A stretch of DNA of 22,632 bases from Candidatus Thorarchaeota archaeon SMTZ1-45 (GTDB taxonomy: Archaea; Asgardarchaeota; Thorarchaeia; Thorarchaeales; Thorarchaeaceae). Below, in pieces: positions 1 through 7,205 of this stretch (the first letter of the stretch is position 1; each line of letters starts with the position of its first letter). The stretch is from assembly GCA_001563335.1 (NCBI GenBank), contig LRSL01000034.1:1-22632 (forward strand), in the 5' to 3' direction. Under the pieces are notes generated by a model that did no database searches, had not been told where the DNA came from, and saw only the letters and a program-made list of their open reading frames with translations. A program made the translations under genes and the position numbers.

Positions 1-341
1 GAGGAGAGGATAGAGCAGAGGATGCAGTAATTAATGCACTCCGGAATCCATTGATAGACGTATCAATCGAGAATGCAAGGAATATTTTGGTGAACGTCAG
101 TGGAAATGCGGACTTACAGTTATCAGAGGCGAAACGAGTGATTGAGATTGTCACAGAACAGGTCAATCCAGGTGCTGAGATTATCTATGGTGCACTTATA
201 GTGCCAGAGCTAGATGACAGATTAAGGGTGACTATTATTGCCTCAGGTGTGAGTTCTCCCTATGTCTTTGACAAAACAGAACCATTCACTCCTTTAGTGG
301 ATGACCTTAAGAGCGACCTTGGTATACCAAAGCTCACATAA
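1..341 (+). CDS. ftsZ: Cell division protein FtsZ, C-terminal part (truncated by window edge)
   Basis: Frame open from base 3: GEDRAEDAVINALRNPLIDV...ILVNVSG...IIYGA...LRVTIIASGV, the FtsZ C-terminal domain; standard archaeal ftsZ-secE-spt5 synteny. Confidence 0.93.
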   Translation, partial: GEDRAEDAVINALRNPLIDVSIENARNILVNVSGNADLQLSEAKRVIEIVTEQVNPGAEIIYGALIVPELDDRLRVTIIASGVSSPYVFDKTEPFTPLVDDLKSDLGIPKLT

Positions 342-431
342 CAAAATTTGGATACTCAGCAAATGTTAAAAGAGAACCAAGGTTGACTGCAACCGACTCC
401 TACGACTGTTTAGGCAGAATAATTCAAGGAC

Positions 432-623
432 GTGAAAGATATGGGTGTTGGTGAGTTCATCAACGAGAGCAGGCGTATTCTGAAACTGGCCACAAAACCA
501 TCCAGAAAAGAACTCTGGATGAGCACCAGAGTCAGTCTACTTGCTATGGTCCTTGTAGGAATGGTCAGCTTCATAATCCAAATTATCATGACCCTGATCA
601 CAGGTAATTGGGGCGTCTATTAA
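432..623 (+). CDS. secE: Protein translocase subunit SecE/Sec61-gamma (start may be ATG 441)
   Basis: RRILKLATKPSRKE motif followed by one TM helix; position between ftsZ and spt5. Confidence 0.93.
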   Translation: MKDMGVGEFINESRRILKLATKPSRKELWMSTRVSLLAMVLVGMVSFIIQIIMTLITGNWGVY

Positions 624-672
624 TAGACCACCTTTTGGAGCTTGAAGCTTCTATCATTTGGAGGGTTTTCCC

Positions 673-1368
673 TTGGAAACAGGCACAAGTATCTATGCAG
701 TGCGTACGACAATCGGACAAGAGCGCAGCGTCACGGATTTAATCACAACAGCAGTGATTGGTGAGACTGATGTGTGGCGATGTCCATTCTGCTTAGAGGA
801 ATTCTCATCTGAAAAAGCCACAAAGGATCATATAAAGAACTGCAAGAAAAAGAAAAAGAAAACGGGAGAACCTGAACTAGTATCAACGAATCAGCTTCTA
901 GGTCGTGTAAAAGCAATACTTGTTCCTGAAACACTCAGAGGTTATGTTTTCATAGAAACAACTGAGTTCAGAGATGTAGAGATTGCTATCTCTGGAGTCC
1001 CCCATGTTAGAGGTCGAGTTGGTGGTAAGGTCAGTATTGAGGAAATCGATAAATTCCTAGCACCTCCACCTGCTGCTGAAGGTATCTCAGTCGACGATGT
1101 GGTAGAGATCATCTCTGGACCATTCAAGGGTGAACGTGCAAAGGTTGTACGTGTGGATGCAGGGAAAGAGGAGCTTATCCTTGAACTACTTGATAGCCCT
1201 TACACCATACCTGTAAGGGTCCACGCTGATTTTGCTAAGATTGTGGAACGCGCGGCAAAGAAGGAAGAACCTGAGGTTCCTGAAGAAGGTGTGACAGTGG
1301 CAGTCATTGACAAAGACCAGCTAGATGATGAGGACTCATTCTGGGCTCATGAACCAGATGAGGAGTGA
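673..1368 (+). CDS. spt5: Transcription elongation factor Spt5/NusG with inserted C2HC zinc finger and acidic tail
   Basis: IYAVRTTIGQE and LRGYVFIE (NGN domain), VEIISGPFKGERAKV (KOW); TTG 673 preceded by GGAGG (ORF track starts at 658). Confidence 0.93.
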   Translation: METGTSIYAVRTTIGQERSVTDLITTAVIGETDVWRCPFCLEEFSSEKATKDHIKNCKKKKKKTGEPELVSTNQLLGRVKAILVPETLRGYVFIETTEFRDVEIAISGVPHVRGRVGGKVSIEEIDKFLAPPPAAEGISVDDVVEIISGPFKGERAKVVRVDAGKEELILELLDSPYTIPVRVHADFAKIVERAAKKEEPEVPEEGVTVAVIDKDQLDDEDSFWAHEPDEE

Positions 1369-1435
1369 AACTCTGAAACCTTCTGGAACTTTTGCGCTGT
1401 CACAATCCTTAAAACAGAATGTCGCACGAGCGAGT

Positions 1436-1587
1436 TCATCCTCTTAATCTGACATAGACGCATTGACGTCATGTCCGGGGTGAGAAAAGTGACAAAGAAT
1501 GCAGTAGACCTCGCAGGATTTACGATGAGTTCTGTCCTGATGGTCGACCCTATCGGTTGTGTTGCGTACGCACCGAGTGTACTGCAT
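1436..1587 (+). promoter_or_regulatory. Structured 5' leader of the rpl11-rpl1-rpl10-rpl12 operon
   Basis: Hairpin 1436-1483; multibranch element closed by ATGCAGTA (1499-1506)/TACTGCAT (1580-1587) next to SD AGGAG 1589-1593; TATA-like CCTTAAAA 1407-1414. Confidence 0.55.
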
Positions 1588-1604
1588 CAGGAGTCGTGCT
1601 AAAA

Positions 1605-2105
1605 TTGAGCGAAAAAGACGTAATTGTAGAAGCCATGGTAGAGGGTGGAAAAGCTAGCGGCGGTCCGCCCATTGGTCCTGCTCTGGGTCCAACTGGTGTG
1701 AACATCTTTCAGGTTGTGACTAAGATAAATGAAGTCACACAACCCTTTGCGGGATTGAAGGTACCTGTGAAGATTATCGTTAACCCAAACGACAAGAGCT
1801 TTGAGATAGAAGTTGGTACACCACCAACCAGTGCGTTGATACTAAAAGAAGTTGGAGCAGCCAAAGGTTCTGGAGAACCAACTACAAAGATAATTGGAAA
1901 TCTCACGATAGACCAATTGAAAAACGTGGCGAAAGGAAAGGCAAGCGATCTCTCTGCTCTTACGATGAAAACAGCCGCCATGATAATTTCTGGCACCTGT
2001 GGCCAGATGGGTGTGACAATCGAGGGTAAGACGGCCAAGGTGTTCCAAGCCGAAGTTCGAGAAGGCACCTGGGATACTCAGCTTGATGAACCACTTAGGG
2101 AGTGA
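1605..2105 (+). CDS. rpl11: 50S ribosomal protein uL11
   Basis: VEGGKASGGPPIGPALGPTGVN, EIEVGTPPTSALI; start placed at TTG 1605 after SD AGGAG (ORF track 1557). Confidence 0.96.
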   Translation: MSEKDVIVEAMVEGGKASGGPPIGPALGPTGVNIFQVVTKINEVTQPFAGLKVPVKIIVNPNDKSFEIEVGTPPTSALILKEVGAAKGSGEPTTKIIGNLTIDQLKNVAKGKASDLSALTMKTAAMIISGTCGQMGVTIEGKTAKVFQAEVREGTWDTQLDEPLRE

Positions 2106-2111
2106 TAGTAG

Positions 2112-2768
2112 ATGTCGTATTCAATTGACAAGATTGAGGCTGCAGTTGCCGAAGCTCGAGCAAAAGGTAATGAGAGAGGCATAAAGTTTGAACAGAGCTT
2201 TGATATGGCTGTCAACTTTAGGAAGAAAGAACTTGATATATCAAAGCCAGAGAACAGGCTAAATCAAGAGTTGGTTCTTCCCAATCCACTAATCCCACCT
2301 CCCAAAGTATGTGCTTTTGGAGATGGTGAGTTTGCTGAGAAGGCAACAGAGGCGGGTGCAGAACGCGTTATCTCAAAGGATGATATCCCAAGTATTGGAG
2401 AAGAGAAGAGAGAACGTAAATCATTAGCAAAGAGCTATGACTTTTTCATTGCAGCTGTAGATGCAATGCCACTGGTTGGACGTTATCTAGGACAAGCTTT
2501 GGGATCACGAGGTAAGATGCCACGACCATTCCCACCACAAGCAGACCTCAATGCCATAATGAACCAATACCATCGGACTGTTCGTGTCAGAATGAGAAAC
2601 ACACCCACATTTCATGTGAAAGTGGGACACATTAAGATGAGTGACAGAGAGATAGCAGACAATATCATTGCAGTTCTCAACTTTGTTGAAAGCAAGGGCT
2701 TTGCTGCAAGAGTAAGTAACATCGTGGTCAAGACAACCATGGGACCAGCAATAGAGCTGTCTGCATAG
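2112..2768 (+). CDS. rpl1: 50S ribosomal protein uL1
   Basis: FEQSFDMAVNF, LGQALGSRGKMP, VKTTMGP motifs; operon position. Confidence 0.96.
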   Translation: MSYSIDKIEAAVAEARAKGNERGIKFEQSFDMAVNFRKKELDISKPENRLNQELVLPNPLIPPPKVCAFGDGEFAEKATEAGAERVISKDDIPSIGEEKRERKSLAKSYDFFIAAVDAMPLVGRYLGQALGSRGKMPRPFPPQADLNAIMNQYHRTVRVRMRNTPTFHVKVGHIKMSDREIADNIIAVLNFVESKGFAARVSNIVVKTTMGPAIELSA

Positions 2769-2783
2769 AGTTGGTGATGAAGG

Positions 2784-3815
2784 ATGTCAGTATATGAAAA
2801 ATCAATTCCACAATGGAAGCAGGATGTTGTCGATAAACTGGCTGCAACTATCAACGATAGTGAGATGATTGGTCTTGTGGGCGTTGAAGGAGTTGGAGCA
2901 AAACAACTTCAAGGAATAAGGGACAGCCTAAGAGGGTCAGCAGTCATTAAAATGGCACGCAACACACTCATGATAAGGGCACTTGAAAAGAGCAGGAAAA
3001 AGGGGATAAAAGACCTGATTGAATATGTCAAAGGACCCGTTGCCTTTTTCTTCAGTAACCAGGATCCCTTTGTTCTTAGTAAGTTTCTGAGAGAGAATAA
3101 AACTGCAGCTCCAGCAAAAGGTGGTCAAGTTGCACCAAATGACATCATCGTTCCTGCAATGAACACAGGTGTAGCACCAGGACCATTCATCAGTGAGCTG
3201 GCTGGTCTCAAAATTCCATCTCGAGTAAAAGGTGGTGTGATTCACATCACTGATGATACAGTTGCTGTAAAGGCTGGAGCAATCATATCAAACGCGATGG
3301 CATTGATGCTCACACGTTTGGGAATTGAGCCAATGGAGCTACAGCTCAAATTGATTGCTGCATACAGCGATGGAGCGGTTCTGACTTCAGGTAGTTTCGA
3401 AATTAATCTTGAAGACCTATTGAGCCAGTTCTTTGCAGGTCATCAGTATGCAATCAATCTCTCGGTGAATACAGGTATAGTAACTGATGTTACTGCACCA
3501 CTCATCATCGCTAAAGCCAACATGGAAGCTAAGAATCTGGCTTTACACATAGGATTCTTTGTACCTGAAATGCTCAATGAGTTCCTGTCAAGGGCCAACT
3601 TGGAAGCATCTGCACTCATTGCGGCTATTGCTGAAAAGGATCCTGAGGCAATACCCTCCGAAATACTTAGTCAGGTTCAATCAGCTGCTGCGGCAGCATC
3701 AACAGCGGCTGCACCCGCCACAGACGCGGCTGAGCAGCAAGAACCGGACACAGCTAAGGATGATGAGGATGAAGAAGAAGAAAAAGTAGCAGGCTTGGGA
3801 AGCCTGTTTGGATGA
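2784..3815 (+). CDS. rpl10: 50S ribosomal protein uL10 (P0)
   Basis: PQWK, MARNTLM, APAKGGQVAPNDIIVPAMNTG, Ala/acidic hinge ending GLGSLFG. Confidence 0.96.
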   Translation: MSVYEKSIPQWKQDVVDKLAATINDSEMIGLVGVEGVGAKQLQGIRDSLRGSAVIKMARNTLMIRALEKSRKKGIKDLIEYVKGPVAFFFSNQDPFVLSKFLRENKTAAPAKGGQVAPNDIIVPAMNTGVAPGPFISELAGLKIPSRVKGGVIHITDDTVAVKAGAIISNAMALMLTRLGIEPMELQLKLIAAYSDGAVLTSGSFEINLEDLLSQFFAGHQYAINLSVNTGIVTDVTAPLIIAKANMEAKNLALHIGFFVPEMLNEFLSRANLEASALIAAIAEKDPEAIPSEILSQVQSAAAAASTAAAPATDAAEQQEPDTAKDDEDEEEEKVAGLGSLFG

Positions 3816-3836
3816 GTAATACAAGAGGTAACAAAA

Positions 3837-4148
3837 ATGGAGTACGTATATGCAGCACTTCTGCTCCACAAGGCGGGTCAGAAACTCACTGCCAAGGCAA
3901 TGGAGGATACTCTAACCGCAGCAGGCGTCACACCCGATAAGGGTAGGGTCAAAGCATTGTTAGCAGCCTTGAAGGATGTTGACATTGATGAGGCTCTTAA
4001 GAGCGCTGCAGCTATGCCAGTAGCAGCTGCCCCTGTAGCTGCTGGTGGTGCAGCAGCCGCTGAGGAGAAGAAGGAAGCAAAGAAAGAAGAGAAAGAAGAA
4101 GAGAAGGAAGAAGAGTTCACTGCTGGACTCGGCAGTCTTTTTGGTTAG
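3837..4148 (+). CDS. rpl12: 50S ribosomal stalk protein P1 (archaeal L12)
   Basis: MEYVYAALLLH start, Ala-rich hinge, acidic tail, GLGSLFG end. Confidence 0.97.
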   Translation: MEYVYAALLLHKAGQKLTAKAMEDTLTAAGVTPDKGRVKALLAALKDVDIDEALKSAAAMPVAAAPVAAGGAAAAEEKKEAKKEEKEEEKEEEFTAGLGSLFG

Positions 4149-4191
4149 AAAGGACAGCACATCCTCTTCACACATTTTCTCAAAAATCAGA

Positions 4192-4236
4192 GGGTGGATG
4201 GGTTGCGAGCCCGTCTGCCCGCTAAATCCTTTTTTT
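4192..4236 (+). terminator. Hairpin plus T-tract after rpl12
   Basis: GGGTGGATGGGTT-GCG-AGCCCGTCTGCCC 13-bp stem with G-U pairs (4192-4220), then T7 at 4230-4236. Confidence 0.65.
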
Positions 4237-4279
4237 CACTTAATGGATTTTCAACAAACCCAAGAACACAAATCCTCGA

Positions 4280-5080
4280 GTGATATCTGAAGAAACTGTG
4301 AAAATCGTTTATCATCCCTTAATGCAGGAACACTATGACAGGACTCCTGCTGGGGCTTCTGGAAGACTTGATACAGCGGTCGAGATTTTGGGAAGTCATC
4401 CTGATTATGAGTTTGTGGAGGCAAGACCAGCGACTGAGGAGGAGATTCTCCGTGCACACGGAACTCGTACACTTGAATCTGTGAAACATGACTATGACTC
4501 TACAAGGCCTGGTCTCCTCTATAAGATGGCAACACTTGCAGCGGGAGGTGCAATCATGACCGCGGAAATTGGGGCTGGTGGAGAGCCAACGTTCGGTCTA
4601 ATTAGACCTCCGGGTCATCATGCATCCTACGATTCATATTGGGGTTTCTGTTATTTCAATAACATTGCAGTTTCGCTACTCCATCTGAGGGCAAAAGGAC
4701 TCATAGAGTCTGCTTACATTCTAGATTTTGATCTTCATACTGGAGATGGGAACATCAACATCTTGGGTGATGATCCCAAGTTTGTCATCCATAACCCAAG
4801 TGGGAATGGTGATGAGCAGTTCTTGAGAGATATTAAGAGGTCATTTGACTCTGCACCGGATGTGGATATCATAGTGGCTTCCGCTGGCTTTGACCAGTAT
4901 GAAGATGATTGGGGAGGCAATATCTCGACCAATGCATTTCATAAGATAGGCAGAATGATGCATGATTTTGCAGAAGAGAGATGTGAGGGGCGTCGATATG
5001 GACTTCTTGAGGGCGGATATAATTTTGAAGATCTGGGAAAGAATGTTCTTGCGTTCTGTGATGGGTTAAGAGGTGTTTGA
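4280..5080 (+). CDS. Histone deacetylase superfamily (Zn-dependent deacetylase)
   Basis: RPPGHHA, GFCYFNN, DFDLHTGDG, ASAGFD, LEGGY motifs. Confidence 0.93.
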   Translation: MISEETVKIVYHPLMQEHYDRTPAGASGRLDTAVEILGSHPDYEFVEARPATEEEILRAHGTRTLESVKHDYDSTRPGLLYKMATLAAGGAIMTAEIGAGGEPTFGLIRPPGHHASYDSYWGFCYFNNIAVSLLHLRAKGLIESAYILDFDLHTGDGNINILGDDPKFVIHNPSGNGDEQFLRDIKRSFDSAPDVDIIVASAGFDQYEDDWGGNISTNAFHKIGRMMHDFAEERCEGRRYGLLEGGYNFEDLGKNVLAFCDGLRGV

Positions 5081-5538
5081 GCATGGTGTATGAATTACTC
5101 AGAGATGCTGTTAGACGTCATCTCGACGAAACAATGCCACTGATAGAGCAGCTCAGGGATGTCGATATTATGAGCAAACCTATCTCAGAGGGAAGGGAAA
5201 TTGGTGAAGTGGTCCTTCATCTCATACGGTCGTTAGAATACTATATGCGAGGGATAGTTGAGTCTTTTTGGGAACCTCTTCCTTACACGCTTGAAACGTA
5301 CAACACTCCGGAAGCGATTATCCAGCTCGCTGAAAATGTCTTCAAAAAAGTGAGCGAATACATGTATTTTGTACGTTTAATTAATCTTAAGGAGATATTT
5401 GACTCATTCAATAGATCAGCAACTTCGGCGGAGATTATTCTTGAGATGCTTGAACATAGTGTTCATCATAGGGGACAGATTACTGTATACTATAGACTCC
5501 TTGGCATCCCTCCAAAGTCCATATCCTACATTATCTGA
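5077..5538 (+). CDS. DinB family metalloprotein (start may be ATG 5083)
   Basis: IGEVVLHL and EHSVHHRGQITVYYRLLG His-triad pattern. Confidence 0.88.
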   Translation: MSMVYELLRDAVRRHLDETMPLIEQLRDVDIMSKPISEGREIGEVVLHLIRSLEYYMRGIVESFWEPLPYTLETYNTPEAIIQLAENVFKKVSEYMYFVRLINLKEIFDSFNRSATSAEIILEMLEHSVHHRGQITVYYRLLGIPPKSISYII

Positions 5539-5570
5539 GCGAAATAGATTTGCAAGATGTTTTCTCACAC

Positions 5571-5888
5571 CTAGGATGGTATGTCTTTGAGGACCTTCTC
5601 TATGGCATTACGATACTTCATGAATGCTTCACGACCTTTTAATGTCAATTTCAGAATGGTATGGGGTTTCTTGCCCAAGAACTCCTTCTGAACCTCAATA
5701 TATTCTGCTTCCTCAAGTTTACTCATGTGCGAAGAGAGATTCCCCCAAGTGAGTCCAAGCTGATTCATGAGAAAAATGAAATCAGCTGACTCCACAACAT
5801 ATAGTTGTGCCATTATTCTCAATCTTGAAGGCTCGTGAATAACCCTGTCAATCTCTGGTCCTGATTCAGGATCATTGCTATTGTTCAT
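5571..5888 (-). CDS. Winged-helix transcriptional regulator (ArsR/MarR-like)
   Basis: IDRVIHEPSRLRIM, LTWGNLSSHMSKLEEAEYIEVQK, LTLKGREAF. Confidence 0.9.
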   Translation of the reverse strand: MNNSNDPESGPEIDRVIHEPSRLRIMAQLYVVESADFIFLMNQLGLTWGNLSSHMSKLEEAEYIEVQKEFLGKKPHTILKLTLKGREAFMKYRNAIEKVLKDIPS

Positions 5889-6504
5889 TGCCCATTTCCT
5901 CCAAATCGAGGATTGGATACTTTCTTACGAAACGAGCCAGACTTGCTATGCCTACTAGGATGAAAAGACCACCAACGATAACCAGGTATACAGTCATTCG
6001 GGATACAGCAGTAGGGGACTCAAGGAGTGTGAAAACCATGCCAAGGATCGAAGAAACAATCCCAATTCCATAGTATCGATTAAGGCCTGATTTTGATACC
6101 AAGTACGCTGATGGTTGAATCAGACCAATCCCAACCAAGACTGGTGCCCCTCGAGCTATAAGATAGAGAATGTCGTTCTCATACACTGTCGAAAAAAAGA
6201 CTGATGCTAATGCTGGAATCATGATTAAAACAGCCAAAATCCATCCATATCCCGAGGGTGTTTCAGCCTCACCACGTAGTTTCACTTTGCCAATTCGAGG
6301 ATAGGTGAACTTCTCCTTTATCTTTTCATTAAACACAGCCTGAAATATGATAAGGATGGCTACAGTACCTACAAAAGCAGTGTGTATCAGTAAGAGAGAT
6401 ATAGCCAGTATCATGAGACCCATCCATAACTCAGTGAAGCCGTCTTGATTTGCAGTTCTGAATGTTGCTTGCTCCAGTTTTACTAAGTCAATTTTTTCAT
6501 TCAT
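5878..6504 (-). CDS. Multi-pass membrane protein, coupled to the HTH regulator
   Basis: About 6 hydrophobic segments, TYPRIG motif, 11-bp overlap with the regulator. Confidence 0.8.
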   Translation of the reverse strand: MNEKIDLVKLEQATFRTANQDGFTELWMGLMILAISLLLIHTAFVGTVAILIIFQAVFNEKIKEKFTYPRIGKVKLRGEAETPSGYGWILAVLIMIPALASVFFSTVYENDILYLIARGAPVLVGIGLIQPSAYLVSKSGLNRYYGIGIVSSILGMVFTLLESPTAVSRMTVYLVIVGGLFILVGIASLARFVRKYPILDLEEMGNEQ

Positions 6505-6520
6505 GGTTTATCAACATCGT

Positions 6521-6562
6521 AAAGTTCTTTGTGATACAAAGTACTTTGTATGCATATAAAGT
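6521..6562. promoter_or_regulatory. Tandem palindromic operator overlapping the TATA box of the membrane protein/HTH operon
   Basis: AAAGTTCTTTGT-GAT-ACAAAGTACTTT (6521-6547) and ACTTTGTAT-GC-ATATAAAGT (6543-6562), one mismatch each; minus-strand TTTATA at 6555-6560. Confidence 0.65.
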
Positions 6563-6635
6563 TTCGTTACTGAGCAACCTGTCAAAAGTCTGTTTTCAGG
6601 AGTTTATATGCCTCAATAGGAATGAAGGATTAGGT

Positions 6636-6893
6636 ATGGCGATGTTACTGTACCACATGCTTAGTCCACTGTCTGACTTTGTAACTATAATTACTACATA
6701 TTTCGCTGAGATTTGGGAGTTCCTAATCTTTATTGGAAATATCTCAGCAGTCATAGTAGTTATAGTTGGTGCGATTCTTTGGTTCACTGATGTGAATGCA
6801 GGCAGAGGTAAGGGTTTAGTCCTTAGTGGGATACTATTAGCGGTGGTTGTACAGTACTTCGTGATTTACCCACCAGCCTTTGTAATGAGCTAG
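6636..6893 (+). CDS. Small membrane protein, TrbC/VirB2 pilin-like architecture
   Basis: ATG 6636 about 26 nt after TTTATATG (6603-6610); two hydrophobic helices joined by GRGKG; the ORF-track extension to 6462 overlaps the divergent gene and is unlikely. Confidence 0.6.
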   Translation: MAMLLYHMLSPLSDFVTIITTYFAEIWEFLIFIGNISAVIVVIVGAILWFTDVNAGRGKGLVLSGILLAVVVQYFVIYPPAFVMS

Positions 6894-7050
6894 GTATTAG
6901 AGATAACTAGGGGAATGCAAGATTTGACTCCTTTATGCTAATCCACACCCAGTACTTACTCTGGACTGGTTTCACAAAAACACACCCAAAACGCCCGGGG
7001 TTCTCGTCTGAATCTCGGGCAACCTCTTTCCAACTTGTATCAATGCCAAT

Positions 7051-7066
7051 CGGAAACCTTTATGTC
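7051..7066 (+). promoter_or_regulatory. BRE/TATA promoter of tRNA-Arg
   Basis: CGGAAACCTTTATGT, TATA element about 26-32 nt upstream of the tRNA start. Confidence 0.55.
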
Positions 7067-7090
7067 CTTTGAGAATCGACGCTGACTGCA

Positions 7091-7199
7091 GGGCCCGTTG
7101 CCTAGCCCGGTGTTATACACAATCTGTGTATTTTGTGGTAAATAGGGCGCCAGCCTTCTAAGTTGGAAATCGTGAGTTCAAATCTCACCGGGCCCGCCA
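7091..7199 (+). tRNA. tRNA-Arg(UCU) with a 31-nt D-loop intron (7111-7141); CCA encoded
   Basis: Acceptor GGGCCCG/CGGGCCC, anticodon arm CCAGC-CTTCTAA-GTTGG, T arm GTGAG-TTCAAAT-CTCAC; removing 7111-7141 restores D arm GCCTAGCCCGGATAGGGC. Confidence 0.92.
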
Positions 7200-7205
7200 T
7201 TTCTT

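Noticed and set aside
1557-1604. Cys-rich N-terminal extension of uL11
   Set aside because: Artefact of the longest-ORF call; the SD points to 1605 and the region is better explained as RNA structure
3680-4148. Ala/Glu-rich repeats and shared GLGSLFG ends
   Set aside because: Normal features of archaeal P0/P1 stalk proteins
5040-5100. Selenocysteine readthrough or fusion at the HDAC TGA
   Set aside because: HDAC is complete, DinB is in another frame with its own start, and no SECIS was recognised
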